Virus record (IMG/VR): IMGVR_UViG_3300010157_000062 | Coordinates: 1,084-65,083 of that record | Direction: 5' to 3' (one strand) | DNA length: 64,000 nt | Origin: a virus | Lineage: Duplodnaviria > Caudoviricetes | Part shown: positions 39,391 through 47,681 of the stretch, one piece after another | Position numbering within the stretch: the stretch's first letter is position 1 | How the letters are laid out: each line of letters begins with the position of its first letter | The notes under the pieces: generated by a model | Seen by the model: the letters and a program-made list of their open reading frames with translations, nothing else | Told to the model about the DNA's origin: nothing | Databases searched by the model: none | Program-made: the position numbers and the translations under genes

Positions 39391-39873
39391 TCAAATAAAC
39401 ATTTTCAGAGTTGCGATAGTTGATTCGGCATCTGTATGAAGAATACCAATACCACCGGCTTTGTTCCAATCATCGATAACAGATTTGGTGTCATCAATGA
39501 TTATGGAATTTGGTGTAGCATACTTGTATTTCAGGGATTTACCTGGAACAAAGTTTGCTTTATAGAGAATGTTGTGTTTGATTAGCCACATTTGTTTTTG
39601 TGGTGCAATCATTCCATGATTTTCTGGTCGTGCAGTTGACGATAGAATTTCTTTAGGTACATCCAACTCTTGTAAAAAGTGCAACAGTTCTTTTGCATCG
39701 TGCATGAGGTCAAGTGTACTGAATTCTCCACCATCAATAAACTTTGCAAAGTAACCATTAAATTCTTTATTGTTCCGTGTTTCTTCGGGTGTCACACGGA
39801 ACTTTTCTTTGTAACGTTTTGAGAAATCGGCAATCACCCCGTCCATATCAACATAAATCATGCTAATTGGCAT
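39391..39873 (-). CDS. HAD-family 5'(3')-deoxyribonucleotidase
   Basis: IYVDMDGVIADF, ILSS, IIIDD...W..AGGIGILH. Confidence 0.82.
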   Translation of the reverse strand: MPISMIYVDMDGVIADFSKRYKEKFRVTPEETRNNKEFNGYFAKFIDGGEFSTLDLMHDAKELLHFLQELDVPKEILSSTARPENHGMIAPQKQMWLIKHNILYKANFVPGKSLKYKYATPNSIIIDDTKSVIDDWNKAGGIGILHTDAESTIATLKMFI

Positions 39874-40463
39874 ATTTTATCCTTCAGAATCTTTTTCATT
39901 TTTTGTTCATCATATAAAAAGAATGGCTTGTACTTTTCACAACTTTTGGTGAAGTCAGGAAACAATATATCATCTTCAACTTTCTTTTTCCACATAGGCA
40001 TAAAATTCATAAAGTCATTGAGAATGAGTATTGTTTCCTTTTTCACTTTATCATGTAAGTATAGATTATATAACATCGGATACTGCCTGTCAACCACCTT
40101 TAGCAATTCTTCTGGATTGTCTACCGAATCTAATGCGGTAGATAAGTCCTGCTCAAAAATGTATGAGAGGGATTGTTGAGTTTTGAGCCAAACTTTGTAC
40201 TCCGATTCGGCATCTTCCAACAGTAAATCACCAGCCCAACATTTTGGATTGTGTAGTAGATTGGCAATATAGAAACCGAACAATTCATCTTTCTTGTATT
40301 TACGAGAAAGTTTATAGAAATGAAACTTATCTTTCCGTAGCATGAATGAGTCTTTACCAATGGAGATTTTACCATTGTATTTCACATAATCATAATTTGT
40401 TGTAAAATGGAGTTTTAATCCATGAAACAACGCAAAGGCATCATAACCACCGGCTTCGGTCAT
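39858..40463 (-). CDS. gp59: Helicase loader gp59-like
   Basis: LKLHFTTNYDYVKYNGK, RKDKFHFYKLSRKY, KYKPF; gp33-gp59-gp32 synteny. Confidence 0.75.
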   Translation of the reverse strand: MTEAGGYDAFALFHGLKLHFTTNYDYVKYNGKISIGKDSFMLRKDKFHFYKLSRKYKKDELFGFYIANLLHNPKCWAGDLLLEDAESEYKVWLKTQQSLSYIFEQDLSTALDSVDNPEELLKVVDRQYPMLYNLYLHDKVKKETILILNDFMNFMPMWKKKVEDDILFPDFTKSCEKYKPFFLYDEQKMKKILKDKICQLA

Positions 40464-40681
40464 ATTGGTAACTTATTCACTTTCTTAATCATATTACCAG
40501 CCTGTGCTTCATCATTAATCTTAGACTTGATTGGTGTTGTAAGGAGAGTTGCCGCAAGTTCAACTTCAAAACCAGTATCTTCACAATGAAGAAGTACGGC
40601 ATCCATATAACCAATTCTTTTGGTCTTTACAATTTCTTCAATAATAGCAGAGAACTTTCTTTGTTCATCTTTCGTAGCCAT
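40460..40681 (-). CDS. gp33: Late transcription coactivator gp33
   Basis: FSAIIEEIV....IGYMDAVLLHCE...EVE.AA.LL...IKSKI..EA...N. Confidence 0.85.
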   Translation of the reverse strand: MATKDEQRKFSAIIEEIVKTKRIGYMDAVLLHCEDTGFEVELAATLLTTPIKSKINDEAQAGNMIKKVNKLPI

Positions 40682-40896
40682 TACTTTTTACCCATCGAAT
40701 ATGCAATACAAACAGCATTAGCGTTAGTTTCATATGCACACTTGACCGAGATTGGATCGATACCTTTTTGAATAGCCGATTCAATATTCTTAGACATGTT
40801 GTTACGGTCATTAATATTATAAATTGTAAAAGCGGCGATAGTTGCACACATTGTAAGTGTGATACAAATGATAACCGTAATAGTTTCTTTATTCAT
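40681..40896 (-). CDS. Small membrane-anchored protein
   Basis: N-terminal hydrophobic helix; AIQKGIDPISVKCAY. Confidence 0.6.
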   Translation of the reverse strand: MNKETITVIICITLTMCATIAAFTIYNINDRNNMSKNIESAIQKGIDPISVKCAYETNANAVCIAYSMGKK

Positions 40897-40897
40897 T

Positions 40898-41452
40898 TTA
40901 GATGATTCCTTTGTTTCGATTGATTTCGTCTTTGTTGCTTCTGTAAAAGATGTGTCTTCCAATTTGGTCTACCTTTTTTAAATTCCATTGAGGATTAACA
41001 TAGTCTGCATGGTAATAGGTTGCTCCACCTGTAACATCTTTTTGTTGTTCAAAGTTGATAACCATATTGATTGCTAACTGTCGAATTTCATTATACAACG
41101 AAGTGTCACGTATTGTCAACTGTTTATCGGTAATCTTTTTGTCACAAAACCATGAGAATTGACATGTGTTACCAGTTTTTTGATACACTACTCCGCAAAT
41201 ATCTTTTGCATAATTTCCAGTTTGAAGTCGATTAATTGTAACGAAAGCAACAGCTTTCTTGCCATCAAGTGGCTCATGCGCGGCTTCAAAATAAATATTA
41301 TCTGCTAGGCATGTTACTTGTCTTTGTGTCTCTTTATCTAGAGAATCGTAACTAGCCTTGAATGGTAAATTATATAAGTTTATATTTACCATCGACAGTG
41401 CTAAAATAATTGCGGAAAATAGTATGCTTAAAAGTATTGGTTTACTTTGCAT
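40898..41452 (-). CDS. SleB/CwlJ-like cell wall hydrolase (Hydrolase_2)
   Basis: CLADNIYFEA, AVAFVTINR, ICGVVYQ, CQFSW, GATYYHADYVNPQW, IGRHIFY; N-terminal signal/anchor. Confidence 0.9.
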   Translation of the reverse strand: MQSKPILLSILFSAIILALSMVNINLYNLPFKASYDSLDKETQRQVTCLADNIYFEAAHEPLDGKKAVAFVTINRLQTGNYAKDICGVVYQKTGNTCQFSWFCDKKITDKQLTIRDTSLYNEIRQLAINMVINFEQQKDVTGGATYYHADYVNPQWNLKKVDQIGRHIFYRSNKDEINRNKGII

Positions 41453-41509
41453 TTTTATTTCCTGTGATTGTGGTGGTTTTTGAAGAACCACCAAAAAACT
41501 TTTAGTTTA

Positions 41510-41932
41510 TCAGAACTTTACTTTAAGTCCGATAGCACCAGTATTTCCGTTGAATTTGGAAATACGTTCTTGACCAGCACTGCGTTCTACGCTTGCTACA
41601 ACGTCAATAGTTTTGGTGACAGGCATAGTAGCCGTTGCACCAACGGTTAAGCCATAACCACCAGCACCATTAAATGTGTCTTGGAATGAAACTGATCCAC
41701 CAGCAGACAATGCAACAGGTCCTACTTTAGTTAAAGCAAAATCTTTACCGACTGCATAACGATTATAACCTTCGTCAATGTGAGTTGCACTTAACGTGAT
41801 TCCCTTTAAGGTTGTACCAACCCGAAAACCATTGTGTTCTACGTTATAATCACGTACAGCAGAAACGGTTACGTCACCGGCAAAAGCGGCGGTGCCGATG
41901 GTTAGTAGGGATGCAATAATTGCTTTCTTCAT
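41510..41932 (-). CDS. Small outer-membrane beta-barrel protein
   Basis: Signal peptide MKKAIIASLLTIGTAAFA, alternating beta-strand pattern, C-terminal GLKVKF beta-signal. Confidence 0.7.
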   Translation of the reverse strand: MKKAIIASLLTIGTAAFAGDVTVSAVRDYNVEHNGFRVGTTLKGITLSATHIDEGYNRYAVGKDFALTKVGPVALSAGGSVSFQDTFNGAGGYGLTVGATATMPVTKTIDVVASVERSAGQERISKFNGNTGAIGLKVKF

Positions 41933-41957
41933 TTAAACTCCTATTTGTTGAACATAG

Positions 41958-41997
41958 TGGTAGGTTATTCTGTTACGAGGAAACCTACCGAAACCCT
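41958..41997 (-). repeat. 40-bp exact copy of the tmRNA 3' hairpin
   Basis: tggtaggttattctgttacgaggaaacctaccgaaaccct is identical to 42266-42305. Confidence 0.95.
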
Positions 41998-42005
41998 TTT
42001 AATGA

Positions 42006-42227
42006 TTATTCGTTAGAAACGAAAGCATTAAGTAATTTTGCTTTGGCAATAATTTCTTTTTCAGTAGGATACGCTACCAATACTGGTACGGGAAGCGATT
42101 TATCAACTTCAGAACTACGATGCCATTGTTCCATTAGCATTTCTTTTTTAATGTGAAAGTCTTGTGTTACCAAGTCCTTTGCCATGTCTAAAAGACTTAA
42201 ACGGATTTCAAAAGGTGTTTTACTCAT
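42006..42227 (-). CDS. Small hypothetical protein (MSKTPFEIRL..., 73 aa)
   Basis: AAGGAG RBS; PFEIRL.LL.MAKD and YPT..EII.KA..L..FVS motifs. Confidence 0.75.
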   Translation of the reverse strand: MSKTPFEIRLSLLDMAKDLVTQDFHIKKEMLMEQWHRSSEVDKSLPVPVLVAYPTEKEIIAKAKLLNAFVSNE

Positions 42228-42265
42228 AAGATTTCTCCTTGTGTGTGAGTGTGTGTTTACTAAAA

Positions 42266-42563
42266 TGGTAGGTTATTCTGTTACGAGGAAACCTACCGAA
42301 ACCCTAGTCAGCGTTTAGGCTGCCAATGCGAACTGTGAGTCGTTTGCGTTTACTTGGTTTTAGTTTTTACATCTTCTCTGATGAGTTGTCCACTTCTGTA
42401 CTTGTTGCTCTGTCGAATACTGAGTACACCCCCATCAAAGTAACACTAACCATAGTATCGGCATCTGCTTTCTGGGTCTACTACAGAAAATATTACTTTG
42501 GTGGAGGTGGGGGGATTTGCACCCCCGTCCAGAACACTTTTCTAGTTGCTTCATACAACCATA
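42266..42563 (-). ncRNA. ssrA: Circularly permuted (two-piece) tmRNA, tag ANDSQFALAA
   Basis: Transcript order is T-arm + CACCTCC-A-CCA (ends 42499), 65-nt intervening segment, then GGGGGTG 5' strand (starts 42433) with G3.U70 pair, and tag ORF 42347-42315. Outer boundaries are approximate. Confidence 0.92.
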
Positions 42564-42569
42564 ACTACT

Positions 42570-42598
42570 ATTATAGCAGGTTTTTATTCAGTTGTCAA
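42570..42598 (-). promoter_or_regulatory. Perfect sigma70 promoter for the tmRNA
   Basis: TTGACA-N17-TATAAT. Confidence 0.9.
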
Positions 42599-42615
42599 GT
42601 GATATTTTGGTAATA

Positions 42616-43233
42616 TTAGAAATTGCTGTCGACCATCTCTATCATTACTCCTGTGCGAGTAGACAATATAGTTGCTCCTCCGGAATCGGATGATATCTCT
42701 ATTGTATAAGTTGCGCTGAAAACGTTTTGTCCGGGGGTTCTGGAGATATATATTTCCCTAGCGGTACTCAACAGCATCCATCCAGTAGATGCGGTGGAAC
42801 TGGCTGCCGCGGTAGGTGTGTAAAAGCTGTTTGTGGCTGTTCTGGTAAACCGAATCCAATAGTTTGAACCTATACCAGACGTAGTTGGACTTCCCCAAGT
42901 TTCACCCGAGGCGTTGTAACCAGATGAATAAAAGAAAAAACTTATTGTTGCATCGGCGTTCCAACGTATACCCACAGAGGCAGGCTCGCCAAAATAGTAC
43001 AGGTAATCCAAAATATAAGAATTTGTAAAACCAGCAGAATAAGCCACAGTAAAGTTAGCCTTGCCAAAAAAGTTGGAAATACTAATAGCACCAGAAGCAA
43101 CACCAGCAAGAGTTCTTAGTGCAGTTTCATTTAAACTACTTGTTGCACCAGCGGCTCGACCCAATTCAAGGTTAATTGAACGTGTGGATGTTGATCCACC
43201 GATACTCATTTCTCCAGAAGCGGCTAATGTCAT
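42616..43233 (-). CDS. Fibre-tip/adhesin-like virion protein
   Basis: MTLAASGEMSIGG...SINLELGR...SSLN...LRTLAGVASGAISISNFFGK N-terminus with an aromatic/Ser/Thr-rich C-terminus. Confidence 0.6.
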   Translation of the reverse strand: MTLAASGEMSIGGSTSTRSINLELGRAAGATSSLNETALRTLAGVASGAISISNFFGKANFTVAYSAGFTNSYILDYLYYFGEPASVGIRWNADATISFFFYSSGYNASGETWGSPTTSGIGSNYWIRFTRTATNSFYTPTAAASSTASTGWMLLSTAREIYISRTPGQNVFSATYTIEISSDSGGATILSTRTGVMIEMVDSNF

Positions 43234-43236
43234 TTT

Positions 43237-43608
43237 TTATCCTTGTACCCAAGGAAGTGGAGTATCTTTTGGAACTACTGTTGGTGGATTAATCATCCTA
43301 TCAATATATGCTTGTACTTTTGCTTTTGCACTATTGACACCCGAGACACCTAATGTGTTTTGTAACCAACCAATAAGTGTTTCTTCTGTCAATTCAGCAT
43401 AAGGAATAAATGTTGATTCGGTGAATACAAGTGTGGTTCTATCACCCACAGTTGCCATATAATTTTCACCAATACCGATGGCATCAGCGAGAACTGGAGT
43501 AGTGTCATCAACACCCATTAATGTCCAGCAGACTTCGGCCACATAATTTGGTTGTGGTTCTTGAAATGTGCTTATACGGTCAATTGACCAGGTAAATGTC
43601 GTAGCCAT
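43237..43608 (-). CDS. Tail-fibre-associated small protein
   Basis: TTFTWSI...V..VCW...FIPYAELTEETLIGW...PLPW pattern usually found beside fibre genes. Confidence 0.6.
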   Translation of the reverse strand: MATTFTWSIDRISTFQEPQPNYVAEVCWTLMGVDDTTPVLADAIGIGENYMATVGDRTTLVFTESTFIPYAELTEETLIGWLQNTLGVSGVNSAKAKVQAYIDRMINPPTVVPKDTPLPWVQG

Positions 43609-43619
43609 TTAATTTATCC

Positions 43620-44279
43620 TCATTTTTTATTTAAATAGAACTCTATGTGTTCCAACAAGGTATTTATATGATCTCCAGTTTTCTCTATGAAAATCAGAGG
43701 TTCTTCATTCTCAACTGCCATAACAATCACAATTTGGTCAACCGGTACAGAAACATGTTCTTCGTACATACCAGCATATGCTGTGCATTGTGCAAAATAG
43801 TCTTGAATGTCTTCCTTTTTCTTAATCTTCTTCGATGTTTTAAAGTCGATTACAGATAAAACACCATCCCACTCAGCAATGAGGTCAACACGACCAGCTA
43901 AACCGATTCGTTCAGACCAAAGTGCCTGTTCAATATAATGTATATTATTTATTCTATGGAGGTGTGGAATCAATGTACGGAACATTTCTACCGAATCGGG
44001 CATTTCCCGCACCCATACAATCTCCTCATTCTTCAGATATCGTTCTGCAAGGTCATGCACACGATTACCACGGCCCGTTGCAAGTTTGGAGATTCGGTTG
44101 GCTTCAACTTCGCCAACACGATTTCTCCATTCCATAATTGCTTGTTTCTTCATTGCACCAACAACAGTTGTCACAGAAGGCAAACGTTTACCGCTTGGTG
44201 ATGTGTAGTAACGTTTACCGTCAGTATGTGTTTCCGATTTTAGGTCCGGAAGAACCATTGGTGAGCAATGTGTAAACAT
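43620..44279 (-). CDS. PD-(D/E)XK exonuclease (Cas4/RecB-like)
   Basis: RYYTSPSG..LPSVTTV, RGNRVH, AGRVDLIAE, IDFKTS, YFAQCTAYA. Confidence 0.88.
   Translation of the reverse strand: MFTHCSPMVLPDLKSETHTDGKRYYTSPSGKRLPSVTTVVGAMKKQAIMEWRNRVGEVEANRISKLATGRGNRVHDLAERYLKNEEIVWVREMPDSVEMFRTLIPHLHRINNIHYIEQALWSERIGLAGRVDLIAEWDGVLSVIDFKTSKKIKKKEDIQDYFAQCTAYAGMYEEHVSVPVDQIVIVMAVENEEPLIFIEKTGDHINTLLEHIEFYLNKK
43661..43668 (-). promoter_or_regulatory. Late promoter TATAAATA inside the exonuclease 3' end
   Basis: Exact consensus about 50 nt upstream of the ATG at 43608. Confidence 0.7.
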
Positions 44280-44280
44280 A

Positions 44281-44529
44281 TTATTCTAATTCAATCTCAA
44301 TTTGTTTGAAACGTTTCTCTTGAATTGTTTCTTCTTTCCATATTTTTCGTGGATTACCACACATGATACAACCAGGTCGACCGCAATCCAGTACGTGATG
44401 TTTGGCCAACTTGTGTGGTTCTTTTATTTCAATGCCGTGAGATTTTGCAATCTTCATTTGTTTCTTGATAGCAGTTTCATCGGCATGAATACGTCTGCTG
44501 TGTTTTAGCTTGTCATATTCTGTACTCAT
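44281..44529 (-). CDS. Small basic protein with CxxxxCxxC motif
   Basis: KHHVLDCGRPGCIMCGNPRK. Confidence 0.65.
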   Translation of the reverse strand: MSTEYDKLKHSRRIHADETAIKKQMKIAKSHGIEIKEPHKLAKHHVLDCGRPGCIMCGNPRKIWKEETIQEKRFKQIEIELE

Positions 44530-45290
44530 TCCGCGTCCTCATATTTTAGTTTGGCTATGATATAGTCTTTAACAAGCGAACTACGCACAATGTCATCAAC
44601 AGTAAATTCAATCTTCGTAAATGCATTCATGTGATATGCAACATCAAAGAATTTAAGAATACCCGACACATCATTCTTTTTCTTGTTGAGGTCTGTTTGA
44701 CGGTAATCACCACACCAGATAATCTTTGAACGATAACCAACACGTGTCATTACAGTATCAATTTCCTCGAATGTCATATTTTGCATTTCATCCACAATAA
44801 TGATTGCATCATCAAATGACATACCACGAATAAATGATGTGGAAATAAATTCTACAAAACCTTGCTCAGCCAACCTTTGATATGCATCTTTTCTTCCAAA
44901 AAGTGTGTCTGCAATTTGAACGTATGGTTGTTGATAAATCTCCATTTTCTCCGTAACATCACCGGGTAAATGTCCAATTTCCCTGGATTGTACCGCAGAG
45001 CGAACAATAATAATTTTCTTAAATGGATTGTTTTTATCTAGAACTTCTTCGAGTGCTTTATACAATGCACAAAAAGTTTTACCTGTACCTGCTACACCGT
45101 GGAGTGTTAAGAAATAGTCTCCTCTTTTGTATGCATCAAAGAATAATCTTTGATTATCTGTTAATGGCTCAAACGTTTTTAGATGGTCTAGTTTGATTTT
45201 TAGTGCGTTTGTCGTTGCGGGCTGATGTGTATATTCATCTGCACCGATAACTTCATTTCTTCTTTGAACTGGAGATTTTCTACTAGCCAT
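44526..45290 (-). CDS. phoH: PhoH-family ATPase
   Basis: GVAGTGKT, IGHLPG, FIRGMSFDD, VDEMQN, GDYRQTDL, DIVRS. Confidence 0.95.
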   Translation of the reverse strand: MASRKSPVQRRNEVIGADEYTHQPATTNALKIKLDHLKTFEPLTDNQRLFFDAYKRGDYFLTLHGVAGTGKTFCALYKALEEVLDKNNPFKKIIIVRSAVQSREIGHLPGDVTEKMEIYQQPYVQIADTLFGRKDAYQRLAEQGFVEFISTSFIRGMSFDDAIIIVDEMQNMTFEEIDTVMTRVGYRSKIIWCGDYRQTDLNKKKNDVSGILKFFDVAYHMNAFTKIEFTVDDIVRSSLVKDYIIAKLKYEDAE

Positions 45291-45313
45291 TAATACCCCT
45301 TTGTTTTACGTGG

Positions 45314-45595
45314 TTACCATTCCCTCGGCATCTTTGTTTTATGTGATTTTCCCAAAGTATTTCCGGGGACACTTTCCTTAATCCTATTGATGACATATTT
45401 CTCGAATGTAGAGTCTGCTTTACCTGTTCCAGGGGTACTCAGTCGAACACCATCGGACATGATTGGCAGATTTTCAGGAGAATGATATCTCTCTAGGTGA
45501 GGATTCTGTTCCTTGAATTCATCATACACAGACAGTCTGAGTACATGTTCTTCAAGTTCTTGTGTTTCTTTGTTTATGAATACGTATGTTGGCAT
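45314..45595 (-). CDS. FmdB-like small protein
   Basis: MPTYVF start, NPHL motif, next to phoH. Confidence 0.55.
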   Translation of the reverse strand: MPTYVFINKETQELEEHVLRLSVYDEFKEQNPHLERYHSPENLPIMSDGVRLSTPGTGKADSTFEKYVINRIKESVPGNTLGKSHKTKMPREW

Positions 45596-45596
45596 T

Positions 45597-46181
45597 TTAT
45601 AAATTAAATACAATAGAGATTCGTGGATCGGTTGATTGATTAGGCATAACTTCGTGATAGAGCCATGCTGGCCACATCAATAGAAGACCCGGACAAGGTT
45701 CATATTCATATTGTGACATTGCATACCAATTTGTTGGATCTTTTACATGAAAGAAATAATCATAAAAATCTCTAAATGGTTGGTTTGGTGTGAACTTAAT
45801 CTTTGATGAACCTGGTGGTGTTTGTAGGTAGAAAATACCTGAGATGGTACACTGTGAATGTACATGCCTTGGATGGCTACTTCCCTCTTTAAAAGAATTT
45901 AAAAAGAAATAAGGATTAAACTTAACAGAGTGTGGTTCGAAACCCTGTTTTTCAAGAAACTCATGTCCTTTATTGATAATGAAATCACCAAAACCCAAAT
46001 ATTTTGGATCATTTCTTATATCGATTCCCGTTCCATGTGTAGTTCGACCATTGTGATAAAATGAATCGTTTGTGTTCGTAGCATTCTCAAAATAATCTTT
46101 AACAACAGGTAATAGTGCATCGGACCAATTTTTATGTTGTTCGACACCAACAACAGAAGGAAATAATGAGTCCAATCTCAT
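45597..46181 (-). CDS. 2OG-Fe(II) oxygenase (TIGR02466-like)
   Basis: HxH (HVH), ISGIFYL, WPAWLYHEV, RISIVFN. Confidence 0.85.
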   Translation of the reverse strand: MRLDSLFPSVVGVEQHKNWSDALLPVVKDYFENATNTNDSFYHNGRTTHGTGIDIRNDPKYLGFGDFIINKGHEFLEKQGFEPHSVKFNPYFFLNSFKEGSSHPRHVHSQCTISGIFYLQTPPGSSKIKFTPNQPFRDFYDYFFHVKDPTNWYAMSQYEYEPCPGLLLMWPAWLYHEVMPNQSTDPRISIVFNL

Positions 46182-46184
46182 AGT

Positions 46185-46457
46185 TTAACTTTCATATGGT
46201 AAAAATATTTCTAATTTTTTCAATTTGGCTTCAACAGCCTTTTCTAAATCATTCTCAGTAATATTTATATCAGTTTCTTTCATTAAAACCTTGATAATTG
46301 CTAACACATCACCAATCTCTGTAACAAGTGCCTGTTTATTTGTGACGCCTTGCCATTCACCATGCATTCCAAAACGATTTATTTTGGATACCGCTTGAAT
46401 CACTTCCGCACATTCTTCTTGGAGTACGGCCATTACTGTTTGCGTATTACGCTTCAT
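46185..46457 (-). CDS. mazG: MazG-like nucleotide pyrophosphohydrolase
   Basis: LQEECAEVIQAVSK..RFG...EIGDV. Confidence 0.75.
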   Translation of the reverse strand: MKRNTQTVMAVLQEECAEVIQAVSKINRFGMHGEWQGVTNKQALVTEIGDVLAIIKVLMKETDINITENDLEKAVEAKLKKLEIFLPYES

Positions 46458-46918
46458 TCAACTCTCTCTTTATATTCTTTGGTTGGTATGTATGGAAAAG
46501 TTATTGGAACACAACTATCTCTACCTGTAAAGTACGATTTACTTTTATTACCATCTTCATCAGTGTACCAATCATAGAAGATGATACCATCAATGTCATA
46601 TGCTTGGCCATCAAATCTATCGGCTTGTTTGAATACATGTGAGCAACGTTTGTTTTGAAATATACCATCACCTACTTCCACCCATTCCCAATCTTCACCA
46701 GTTAACGGTGCAACAGGTTCAAACATGGCTAGTTTCTTGAACAGGTCGACGGCGTATGGTGCGGATGAGCCTGAGTGTTCTTCGGCTGAAAAGACCTCAA
46801 GCAACTTTAATACATGAGTGCAAATAGCTTCCTGCATATCATCAATATAATTACCATTGTCATCAAGCCATTTGGCGGCTTTAAATTCCATCAAAGCGTG
46901 TTTATGTAAATTGCTCAT
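46454..46918 (-). CDS. Hypothetical protein (154 aa)
   Basis: HSGSSA and PLTGEDWEW...QNKRCSHVFK motifs; coupled to neighbours. Confidence 0.7.
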   Translation of the reverse strand: MSNLHKHALMEFKAAKWLDDNGNYIDDMQEAICTHVLKLLEVFSAEEHSGSSAPYAVDLFKKLAMFEPVAPLTGEDWEWVEVGDGIFQNKRCSHVFKQADRFDGQAYDIDGIIFYDWYTDEDGNKSKSYFTGRDSCVPITFPYIPTKEYKERVE

Positions 46919-47103
46919 TTTTTATTTGCTATCCAAAGTTTAATTGCTTCTTTCAATTCATCCATTTGGCTTAGACGGATATCATCCATGATACCCATGC
47001 CAAGAAATTCAGAATTCATATTTCGTTTTGTCATTTGCCATAGTTTATCATGGTGTTTCTGTAACACATCAATCACCACATCATATTCAGGTTCATCATT
47101 CAT
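46915..47103 (-). CDS. Hypothetical protein
   Basis: 4-nt start/stop overlaps on both sides. Confidence 0.6.
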   Translation of the reverse strand: MNDEPEYDVVIDVLQKHHDKLWQMTKRNMNSEFLGMGIMDDIRLSQMDELKEAIKLWIANKK

Positions 47104-47675
47104 ATTGTATACCAAGAAGGAGTTGAACGTGAGTTGATTTTGCCTTGCCATGATGCAAAGCTACGTTTGTTTTTGTTGTAGTAATTGTGGTAAGATGCAA
47201 GTTCATTACCGGGAACTTTCACATCATCAGGCATCGCTGGTGTTGGTGCAGTAAAAGGTTTTTGTGTGATATTTTTTGGTGCAACTTTTAGAGGTTCCAA
47301 CAATTTAGAACATGCATGAATTTTACCATAACGATATGTGTATTCTTCAAGCAGGTGAACCCACATTTTGTACAGCCATACATAGTTTGCTTCAGATGCA
47401 CGGCACCAAATAGCAGACGGATGGTTCATGTGTGTTGCTTTGTATAGCGTAGCATCACGTGCATCAGTTAGACGCCACACTTTTGTGTTACGATAACGTG
47501 CAGGCAAGGAACCGTGTACATAACGCTTTTCAATTTCTTCATAGCCATCAATAACACGGTGTGCAGTTGACATGAGTTGTGCATACTCAATAATCATTTT
47601 GACAACGTGTTTAGAAATATGCATTTCAGCACAAATTTTTGGATCTTTGTCGAGATAAAATATATTCATTTTCAA
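47100..47675 (-). CDS. Pyrimidine-dimer DNA glycosylase / DenV-like protein
   Basis: MNIFYLD.DP...A..H..KHVVKMIIEYAQLMST, YKATH.NHP, EYTYRYGKIH, PAMPD. Confidence 0.7.
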   Translation of the reverse strand: MKMNIFYLDKDPKICAEMHISKHVVKMIIEYAQLMSTAHRVIDGYEEIEKRYVHGSLPARYRNTKVWRLTDARDATLYKATHMNHPSAIWCRASEANYVWLYKMWVHLLEEYTYRYGKIHACSKLLEPLKVAPKNITQKPFTAPTPAMPDDVKVPGNELASYHNYYNKNKRSFASWQGKINSRSTPSWYTI

Positions 47676-47681
47676 GTTCTT

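Noticed and set aside
42326-42613. 95-aa plus-strand ORF, and a possible tRNA at 42499-42530
   Set aside because: The ORF is antisense to the tmRNA; the tRNA-like arm is the tmRNA acceptor piece and has no anticodon arm.
43620-44279. Cas4-like nuclease as evidence for CRISPR-Cas
   Set aside because: A common stand-alone exonuclease of T4-like phages; no array or other cas genes in the window.
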